Shown here: positions 53,412 to 60,555 of the stretch, piece after piece | Layout of the letters: each line of letters begins with the position of its first letter | How positions within the stretch are numbered: position 1 is the stretch's first letter | Assembly: GCA_035294085.1 (NCBI GenBank) | Contig: DATGLP010000002.1 | Coordinates: 30,061 to 94,060, forward strand | DNA: 64,000 bases | Direction: 5' to 3' | Source: Acidimicrobiales bacterium | GTDB lineage: Bacteria > Actinomycetota > Acidimicrobiia > Acidimicrobiales > Bog-793 | Notes under the pieces: model-generated | What the model saw: the letters and a program-made list of their open reading frames with translations, nothing else | What the model was told of the DNA's origin: nothing | Database searches by the model: none | Position numbers and translations under genes: made by a program

Positions 53412-56401
53412 GCGCGGGCGCCGCCGCGCTCGCGCCCGCCGTCCCGGAGGAGGTGCCGCCGTCCGCCCGCCACCTCGGCGGGCGGACGGCGTGGCTCCTC
53501 GCCCTGTGCTGCGTCGCGCAGTTCATGGTCATCTTGGACCTGAGCATCGTGAACGTGGCGCTCCCCTCGATCCAGGCGGGGCTCGCCTTCTCCTCGGCGG
53601 ACCTGCAGTGGGTCGTGGACGCGTACGCGATCGTGTTCGCGGGGTTCCTCATGGTGGGCGGCCGAGCCGCCGACCACTTCGGGCAGCGCAGAACGCTCGT
53701 CGCCGCGCTCGGGCTCTTCGCGTTCACCTCGCTCGCCGGGGGGCTGGCTCCCGACGGGGACGTCCTCATCGTCGCCCGCGGCGCGCAGGGCCTCGCCGGC
53801 GCGCTCATGGCCGCGGCCTCCCTCGCCGTCATCACGTCGTCGTTCGCGGCTGGACCGGCGCGCAACCGGGCCATCGCCCTGTGGGGGGCGATGAACGGCG
53901 CCGGCGGGGCGGCCGGGACGCTCCTCGGCGGGCTGCTCACCGAGGGCCTCGGCTGGCGCTGGGTGCTCCTCATCAACCCGCCGATCGGCGTGGCCGCCGC
54001 CGTCCTCGCCGTGCGCCTCGTCGTCGACCGCCGCGGCGAGAGCCGGCGGGGCTTCGACCTCGCCGGCGCGCTCAGCCTCACCGGTGGCCTCTGCCTGCTC
54101 GTGCTCGGGATCGTGAACGCGACGAGCGAGCACCTGACCGCCCCGAGCGCCCTCGCGCCGATCCTCGCCGGCGCCGCCCTCCTCGTCGCCTTCGTGCTCG
54201 TGGAGCTGCACGTCGCGACCGCGCCGATCGTCCCGCTGCGGCGCATCGGCGGGCCGCTCGCCGGCGCGAACGCGGTCGTGGCGCTGTTCAGCGCGGCGCT
54301 CTTCCCGATGTGGTACGTGAGCTCGCTCTACCTCCAGCAGGTCCTCGGCCTCTCGCCGCTCGCCGCGGGCCTCGCCTTCCTGCCGATGGCGCTCGTCATC
54401 ATGCTCGCCGCCCGGGGGGCCGGCTCGCTCGTCGGCCGCTTCGGGGTCCGGGCGGTCCTCTCGGGCGGGCTGGCGATGATGTGCGGCGGCATGCTGCTGC
54501 TCGCCCGCATCGAGCCGAGCGGGAGCGCCCTCGGCTACGTCGTGCTGCCCGGCGTGCTCACGGCCGCCGGGATCGGCCTCGCGGTCGTCCCCTCGACGAT
54601 CGCTGCCACCCAGAGCGCCGGCCGCGAGCTCGCCGGGCTCGCGAGCGGTCTCGTCAACACGGCGCGCCAGGCGGGTGGCGGCCTCGGCCTCGCGCTCCTC
54701 GCCTCGCTCGCGACCGTCGTCACCACCTCGGAGATCGGCCGCAACCGCCCCGTCGACGTGGCGCTGACCGACGGCTTCCGGCTCGCCTTCCTCGTCGGCG
54801 CCGCCCTGGTCGCCCTCGCCCTCGTGGCGACCCTCGCGCTCGTGGCGCGCCCGACGGCGGCCGACCCGGGCGCGGGCGGGACCAGGTCCCGGTCGGGAAG
54901 GGCGCGCCTTGGCCTGCCCGGCGCCGTGGCGGTGCTGCTCGCCGGCTTCGCTGGCCTCGACTTCGGCGTCGCCGGCGGGAGCGGGGCGCCGATCGGCGCC
55001 TACTCGCTCGCCGGTTCCCGCAGCTTCGTGTCGGCCCCGAGCCTGCACCCGCCGCGCCTCACGGTGGTGCGCAGCTCGCTGCCGCCCGCCCCCGCCGACA
55101 TCATGCTCGCCAGCTTCTACGACCTCACGAGCCCGCCGATGGATGGCCAGAGCGGCCCGCTCATCGTGAACAGCCGGCTCCAGCTCGTCTGGTTCAAGCA
55201 GGTCCCTCGCGACGTCGTGGCGTCGAACCTGAGCGAGCAGACCTACGACGGCGAGCCCGTCCTCGCCTGGTGGCAGGGGCGCGTCACCGACACGGGCGCG
55301 ACCGAGAGCGGCGAGGACGTCGTCGTCGACCGCCACTACCGGGTCGTCGCGACCCTGCGCGGGGCAGACGGCTGGATCATCTCCATGCACTCGCTCGTGA
55401 TCGTCGGGCACGACGCCTGGGTGACGGCGAACCGGGACGTCCCCTACGACCTCTACCGCTACGGCGGCACCGAGCGCGGGGCGCTCACCGACTCGGCCGT
55501 GCAGGAGTACGACCTGCGCACGGGCCGGCTGCTGTACACCTGGGACGCGCTCGACCACGTCCCGCTCTCCGACTCCTACGCCAACCCGCCGCGCAACGGC
55601 TTCCCGTGGGACGCCTACCACGTGAACTCGGCGGAGGTCCTGCCGGGGAACCGGCTCCTCGTCTCGATGCGCAACACCTGGGCCGCGTACCTCGTCGACG
55701 CGTCGACGGGCCGGGTGCTGTGGACGCTCGGCGGCAAGCACTCGACGTTCCGGTTCGGTCCCGGCGCCTCCTTCGCCTGGCAGCACGACGTCATGCTGCG
55801 GCGGGGGTCGCTCGTGACCATGTTCGACGACGAGTGCTGCCAGATCAGCGGCGCCGGCACCTACCTCGCGCCCCGCGCCCCGTCACGGGGGCTCGAGCTC
55901 CGGCTGGACCTGGCGACGAGGCGCGCGACCCTCGTGCGCCAGTACGGCCCCGGCACCTACTCGGCCGCCTACATGGGCAGCCTCGACCCCCTGCCCGGCG
56001 GCGACGTCCTCGTGGGGTGGGGCGCGGTCCCGCACATCGCCGAGTACACGGCGCAGGGCCGGCTCGTCTTCGACGCGACGCTGCCCGGCCCCGACCTCAG
56101 CTACCGCGCCACGCCGCTCGAGCACTGGCGCGGCGAGCCGCTCTCGCCGCCCGCCGGCGCGGCGCGCCGGCGCGGGCGCGGCTCGGTCGTCTACGCGAGC
56201 TGGAACGGCGCCACCGAGGTTGCCGCGTGGCGGGTGCTCGCCGGCCGCAGCGCCGCGTCGCTCGTCGCGGTGGCGAGGCGGGCCCGCTCGGGCTTCGAGA
56301 CGGCGGTGCCGCTGCGGCGCTCGTACCCCGTCTACGAGGTCGAGGCCCTCGACGCGCACGGCCGGGTCCTCGGGACCTCGGCGCCGTTCGGGGCGCGCTG
56401 A
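53408..56401 (+). CDS. Fusion protein: DHA2-type MFS transporter (14 TM) + extra TM helix + arylsulfotransferase (ASST)-like domain
   Basis: GTG 53408 overlaps the sulfotransferase TGA (GTGA). The MFS part has ..QFMVILDLSIVNVALPSIQ.., ..GGRAADHFGQRR.. and 14 helices up to ~54850. The linker RSRSGRARLGLPGAVAVLLAGFAGLDFGVAG is a 15th helix. The C-terminal ~450 aa are colinear with the next ASST gene (..WWQGRV.., ..FPWDAYHVNS.., ..FAWQHD.., ..VYASWNGATEVAAW..). One uninterrupted frame. Confidence 0.8.
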   Translation: MSAGAAALAPAVPEEVPPSARHLGGRTAWLLALCCVAQFMVILDLSIVNVALPSIQAGLAFSSADLQWVVDAYAIVFAGFLMVGGRAADHFGQRRTLVAALGLFAFTSLAGGLAPDGDVLIVARGAQGLAGALMAAASLAVITSSFAAGPARNRAIALWGAMNGAGGAAGTLLGGLLTEGLGWRWVLLINPPIGVAAAVLAVRLVVDRRGESRRGFDLAGALSLTGGLCLLVLGIVNATSEHLTAPSALAPILAGAALLVAFVLVELHVATAPIVPLRRIGGPLAGANAVVALFSAALFPMWYVSSLYLQQVLGLSPLAAGLAFLPMALVIMLAARGAGSLVGRFGVRAVLSGGLAMMCGGMLLLARIEPSGSALGYVVLPGVLTAAGIGLAVVPSTIAATQSAGRELAGLASGLVNTARQAGGGLGLALLASLATVVTTSEIGRNRPVDVALTDGFRLAFLVGAALVALALVATLALVARPTAADPGAGGTRSRSGRARLGLPGAVAVLLAGFAGLDFGVAGGSGAPIGAYSLAGSRSFVSAPSLHPPRLTVVRSSLPPAPADIMLASFYDLTSPPMDGQSGPLIVNSRLQLVWFKQVPRDVVASNLSEQTYDGEPVLAWWQGRVTDTGATESGEDVVVDRHYRVVATLRGADGWIISMHSLVIVGHDAWVTANRDVPYDLYRYGGTERGALTDSAVQEYDLRTGRLLYTWDALDHVPLSDSYANPPRNGFPWDAYHVNSAEVLPGNRLLVSMRNTWAAYLVDASTGRVLWTLGGKHSTFRFGPGASFAWQHDVMLRRGSLVTMFDDECCQISGAGTYLAPRAPSRGLELRLDLATRRATLVRQYGPGTYSAAYMGSLDPLPGGDVLVGWGAVPHIAEYTAQGRLVFDATLPGPDLSYRATPLEHWRGEPLSPPAGAARRRGRGSVVYASWNGATEVAAWRVLAGRSAASLVAVARRARSGFETAVPLRRSYPVYEVEALDAHGRVLGTSAPFGAR

Positions 56402-56670
56402 TGGCACCGGCCGGGCGCGCCTCGAGCGTCGCCGACCGTCGCGCGCGCCGGCGTCCGTCGCCACCCGTGGCCGGACCGGCCGGCCGGAGCGTGGGGGGCG
56501 CCAGGGCGGCGCGGGTCGGCACCGGGCGCCCGCGCGCTCGCGCGCTGCGACGCGCCGCGGTCGCGCTGGCGCTCGCCGCCACGGCGTTCGCCGCCGCAGC
56601 CTGCGGCTCGGGCGGCCATCCGACGGGCACGACGACGACCACGGCGAGCACGCGTGGCTACGGCTACTAG
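56401..56670 (+). CDS. Small putative lipoprotein
   Basis: ATG 56401 in a TGATG junction with the fusion gene. Arg-rich n-region, h-region AVALALAATAFAAAAC with lipobox-like A-A-A-C, then a short Gly/Thr-rich mature part. High GC3. Confidence 0.35.
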   Translation: MAPAGRASSVADRRARRRPSPPVAGPAGRSVGGARAARVGTGRPRARALRRAAVALALAATAFAAAACGSGGHPTGTTTTTASTRGYGY

Positions 56671-56745
56671 CACCGTCGTGGTCGCGACCCCGCCGGCCGG
56701 GCGCGCGCTCGCGGCCGACTCGGCGCTGCCCGGGGCGGTGCGGCG

Positions 56746-58290
56746 GTGATCCCCTCCGAGGGATCGGCCTCGGCGAGGGGCTCGGGCGGCGGGCGCGTCC
56801 TGAGCCGCCGGCAGCTCCTCGCCTCGGCCGCGGGGGGCCTCGTCGGGCTCGTCGCGGCCGGCGTCGTCGGCTACGAGTGGCCGCACGCCGCCGGCCCGGG
56901 CGCGTCGCAGTCGGGCGCCGAGGAGGCGTCCGGCGCCGTCGACTCCTTCGTCAGCCGGCCGGACCTGCGCCCGCCGCGGGTGCGCGTCCAGCGCCTCGGC
57001 CCGGTCGCCGACCCGGGGCGCCGCATCTTCCTCGCGCTGCGCTACGCGCCGGGGATGTCGGGCCAGCAGGGGCTCGCCATCGTGGACTACGCCGGGCGCC
57101 TCGTGTGGTTCCGCCCTGTCGCGGGCGCCGACCCCTTCGACTGCGACGCCCAGCGCTACCGCGGCCAGCCGGTGCTCACGTGGTGGCAGGGCACGGTCGT
57201 CGCCGGGCACGGCGCGGGCGTCGGCGAGATGGCCGACGCCTCCTACCGCCGCCTCGCCACGATCCGCGCCGGCGACGGCCTCGCGGCGGACCTGCACGAG
57301 CTCAACCTCACCGCGCGCGGCACCGCCCTCGTGACCGCCTACGAGACGGTGACGGCGGACCTCTCGCGCCTGGGTGGATCCCGGCGCGCGGCCGTCCTCG
57401 CCGGCCACGCCCAGGAGATCGACCTCGCCACGGGCGCCGTGCTCTTCGACTGGGACAGCCTGCGCCACGTCGGCGTCGAGGAGAGCTACCTGCCGCTGCC
57501 GAGTGGCGCGAGCGTGCCCTACGACTACTTCCACATCAACTCGGTCGCCGAGACCCCCGACGGCAACCTCCTCGTCTCGGCGCGCAACACCTGGGCGCTG
57601 TACAAGGTCGACCGGTCGAGCGGCGAGGTGCTCTGGCGGCTGAACGGGAAGCGGTCCGACTTCAGCGTCGCGAAGCAGGCTCGCTTCTACTGGCAGCACG
57701 ACGCCCGCATGCCCGATCCGGCGACGCTCACCGTCTTCGACGACGGGGCGTCCCCGCCGGAGGAGCGGCAGTCGAGGGCCCTCCTGCTCGACGTGGACGC
57801 GCGGGCGATGCACGTTCGCCTGCGACGCGCCTACCTCCACCCGGCTCGGTTCCTCGCGGCGAACCAGGGGAGCATGCAGCTGCTGCCGGGCGGGCACGTC
57901 TTCGTCGGCTGGGGCAACCAGCCCTACTTCTCCGAGTTCGCACCCGACGGCGCGCTCGTCCTCGACGGCGAGCTGCCGCTCGGCGTGCGCTCGTACCGCG
58001 CGTTCAGCCACCCGTGGGTCGGCCGTCCTCTCGAGCCCCCCGCCGTCGCGCTGCGGGCGAACCCCGCGGGCGGCACGACCGTCTACGCCAGCTGGAACGG
58101 CGCGACGCAGGTCGCCACGTGGCTCGTCCTCGCTGGACCCAGCGCGTCCTCGCTCGCCCCGGTCGGCTCCCAGCCCTGGTCGGGGTTCGAGACTGCGATC
58201 GCCGTCGCGTCGAGCGGTCCGTACTTCGCGGTCGTGGCGCTCGACGCCTCGGGACGCGAGCTGCGCCGCTCCGGGATCGTGCGCCTCTGA
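56746..58290 (+). CDS. Secreted arylsulfotransferase (ASST)-family protein with twin-arginine signal
   Basis: ..GRVLSRRQLLASAAGGLVGLVAAGVVG.. (Tat-type S-R-R-x-L-L), ..TWWQGTV.., ..PYDYFHINSVAETPDGNLLVSARN.., ..FYWQHDARM.., ..VYASWNGATQVATW... Confidence 0.75.
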   Translation: MIPSEGSASARGSGGGRVLSRRQLLASAAGGLVGLVAAGVVGYEWPHAAGPGASQSGAEEASGAVDSFVSRPDLRPPRVRVQRLGPVADPGRRIFLALRYAPGMSGQQGLAIVDYAGRLVWFRPVAGADPFDCDAQRYRGQPVLTWWQGTVVAGHGAGVGEMADASYRRLATIRAGDGLAADLHELNLTARGTALVTAYETVTADLSRLGGSRRAAVLAGHAQEIDLATGAVLFDWDSLRHVGVEESYLPLPSGASVPYDYFHINSVAETPDGNLLVSARNTWALYKVDRSSGEVLWRLNGKRSDFSVAKQARFYWQHDARMPDPATLTVFDDGASPPEERQSRALLLDVDARAMHVRLRRAYLHPARFLAANQGSMQLLPGGHVFVGWGNQPYFSEFAPDGALVLDGELPLGVRSYRAFSHPWVGRPLEPPAVALRANPAGGTTVYASWNGATQVATWLVLAGPSASSLAPVGSQPWSGFETAIAVASSGPYFAVVALDASGRELRRSGIVRL

Positions 58291-58330
58291 GGGCGCGCCG
58301 TGACGGCGGGCGAGCCAGTATGGAGCGGCG

Positions 58331-59146
58331 ATGGCACCGCGGGGCTGCATCACGTTGCTCACCGACTACGGCCTCACCGGTGGCTTCGTCGGGGCGCTGC
58401 ACGCCGTCGCCCAGAAGCTGGCGCCCGGGGTGACGGTCGTCGACCTCGACCACGCGATCCCGGCAGGCGACGTCCGCCTCGGTGCGCTCCGCCTCGAGCG
58501 GCTGGTCCCCCTCCTGCCCCCCGGGGTCCACGTCGGCGTCGTCGACCCGGGCGTCGGGGGCGGTCGGCGCGCCGTCGCGCTGCAGGCCGGCGAGGACCAC
58601 GTCTTCGTCGGGCCCGACAACGGGCTGCTCGTGTGGGCGGCCGAGGCGCTGTCTCCGGCACCGAGCCTCGTCGTCCTCGACCGGGAGGAGTACTTCCTCG
58701 AGCGGCGGTCGAGGACGTTCGACGGCCGGGACGTCTTCGTCCCCGTCGCCGCCCACCTCGCGAGGGGCTGCTCGCTCGCCGACGTCGGCTCGCCCGCCGA
58801 CCCCGGGACGCTCGAGCGCTGCCGACGCCCGGCGCCTCGGCGCCTCGGCGAGGCCGCGTGGGAGCTCGAGGTCCTCCAGGTGGACGGCTTCGGCAACGTC
58901 CAGTTCAGCGGCGACGCGGCGCACGTCCGACTCCTCGGGCTCGAGCCGGGCGATCCCGTCGTCGTCGAGGGGGGCGGCGTGCAGCTCGTCGCCACCTTCG
59001 CCGAGACCTTCAGCGACGTCGGGCGCGGCGCGCCGGTCGTCCTCGTCGACAGCGACGGGCAGCTCTCGCTCGCGCTGAACGCGGGCCGGGCCGACGAGGT
59101 GCTCCGGGCACCTCTCGGCGCGACCGTCGTGCTCCGGCGACCCTGA
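58331..59146 (+). CDS. SAM hydroxide adenosyltransferase / SAM-dependent halogenase family protein (DUF62)
   Basis: ..ITLLTDYGLTGGFVGAL.., ..HVGVVDPGVGGGRRAV.., ..VGPDNGLL.., ..TFDGRDVFVPVAAHLA.., ..VDGFGNV... Colinear with archaeal/bacterial DUF62 proteins as I recall them. Confidence 0.8.
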   Translation: MAPRGCITLLTDYGLTGGFVGALHAVAQKLAPGVTVVDLDHAIPAGDVRLGALRLERLVPLLPPGVHVGVVDPGVGGGRRAVALQAGEDHVFVGPDNGLLVWAAEALSPAPSLVVLDREEYFLERRSRTFDGRDVFVPVAAHLARGCSLADVGSPADPGTLERCRRPAPRRLGEAAWELEVLQVDGFGNVQFSGDAAHVRLLGLEPGDPVVVEGGGVQLVATFAETFSDVGRGAPVVLVDSDGQLSLALNAGRADEVLRAPLGATVVLRRP

Positions 59147-59381
59147 CGCCGGACGGCGCCGAGGCCGCCGCCTGCCGGGTCGCGCCGGGCGCGGGCTCCT
59201 CGAGGGCGCACCAGGCTCGCTGACCTGCGCCGCGCCGGCCGAACGTGGTGGCCCTGCGGCTGCCGGTCGGAACCCGGCGTCCCGGCGGCGCGAGCCTCGG
59301 CGGTTAGCATGGCCCGCGCCGTGCGGGGCAGGCCTGAGGGCACCGGTCCCGTCGTCCGGACGGGCAGGAACGGGAGCAGCG

Positions 59382-60371
59382 GTGGGCGTCGTGGAGGTCT
59401 CGGTCGCGATCGACGACTACGAGCACGTGCGCGCCCTCGCCGACGGGGACGTCCGCGTCCCCGGCGCCACCTTCACCTTCCACCGCCTGCCGACCCCCTC
59501 GGAGATCTTCCACCGGCAGTTCCGCTTCGGCGAGTGGGACGTCTCGGAGATGTCCCTCGCCCTCTACTGCGGCATGCGCTCGGCGGGCGACGAGCGTTTC
59601 GTCGCCATCCCGGTCTTTCCGCTGCGCAGGTTCCGCCACTCCTGCGTCTTCGTCGCCGCCAGCTCGCCGCTCCGGCGCCTCGAGGACCTCGCCGGCAGGC
59701 GCGTCGGGGTGCCCGAGTGGGGCCAGACCGCGGGTGTCTGGGTGCGGGGGATCCTCGAGGACGACCACGGCGTCGGCCTCGGCGACGTCGAGTGGGTCCA
59801 GGGCGGCGTCGCCGAGGTGGGGCGTCCCGAGCACCTCCACCTCGCGCTGCCGCCCGGCGTGCGCCTCGGGCGCGTGGCCGACGCGCCGCTTATCGACAAG
59901 CTCCTCGCCGGCGAGCTCGACGCCATCGTCTCGGCGCTGTTCCCCCAGGAGCTCCTCGCGTCCGGTCGCTGCCGGCCGCTCCTCGCCGACTGGCGCGCCG
60001 CCGAGCTCGACTACTACGACCGGACGGGGATCGTCCCGATCATGCACCTCGTCGTCGTGCGCCGCGAGGTCCACGAGGCGCACCGCTGGCTCGCGAAGGA
60101 GCTCGTCAAGGCCTTCGACGCAGCGAAGGCGCGCGCCCTCGAGCGCCTCTGCTCGGCGCAGGCCTCGCTCTATCCCGTCCCGCACCTCGCCGAGGTCGCG
60201 AGCGAGCTCGTCGGGCGCTTCGGGGGCGACCCGTGGCCCTACGGGCTCGAGGCGAACCGGCACGCGCTCGCCACCTTCCTCCGCTACGCGGCCGCGCAGG
60301 GCCTGCTCGAGCGGGAGCTCGGACCCGAGGAGCTCTTCGCTCCCTCCTCGATCGACGTCTTCCACGCCTGA
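59382..60371 (+). CDS. 4,5-dihydroxyphthalate-decarboxylase-like (PhtD family, periplasmic-binding-protein fold) protein
   Basis: ..DYEHVRALADGDVRV.., ..EIFHRQFRFGEWDVSEMSLALY.., ..FVAIPVFPLRRFRHSCVFV.., ..TGIVPIMHLVVVRREV.., ..WPYGLEANRHALATFLRYAAAQGL..PEELFAP... Family call from remembered motifs only. Confidence 0.55.
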   Translation: MGVVEVSVAIDDYEHVRALADGDVRVPGATFTFHRLPTPSEIFHRQFRFGEWDVSEMSLALYCGMRSAGDERFVAIPVFPLRRFRHSCVFVAASSPLRRLEDLAGRRVGVPEWGQTAGVWVRGILEDDHGVGLGDVEWVQGGVAEVGRPEHLHLALPPGVRLGRVADAPLIDKLLAGELDAIVSALFPQELLASGRCRPLLADWRAAELDYYDRTGIVPIMHLVVVRREVHEAHRWLAKELVKAFDAAKARALERLCSAQASLYPVPHLAEVASELVGRFGGDPWPYGLEANRHALATFLRYAAAQGLLERELGPEELFAPSSIDVFHA

Positions 60372-60555
60372 CCTCGCTGGGGCGACGCGCCGGGCGGCCG
60401 TGTTCGGGCGGCTTCGCCGGCCACCCGCTCGCCCTCTCGCCGGCCCGGCTGGTCGTCGCGGCACGCCGCGGGCAGGCCCTCCGGAGGCGTGGTCGCCGGG
60501 GCGAACAGAAGATGGCACCACGCGTGCGGTCGTCGCGCACCATGCTGGGAGACCG

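Noticed and set aside
53408-56401. Reading the MFS-ASST protein as two genes joined by an assembly frameshift.
   Set aside because: - No stop codon occurs in frame, and there is no frame change in the coding signal.
- The junction carries a signal-anchor-like helix that makes topological sense for a fusion.
- This still needs read-level verification (listed in the findings).
56748-56765. Inverted repeat GATCCC-N6-GGGATC at the very start of the second ASST gene, as a translational control hairpin.
   Set aside because: It has only 6 bp, lies inside coding sequence, and such short GC palindromes are frequent here. There is no supporting evidence.
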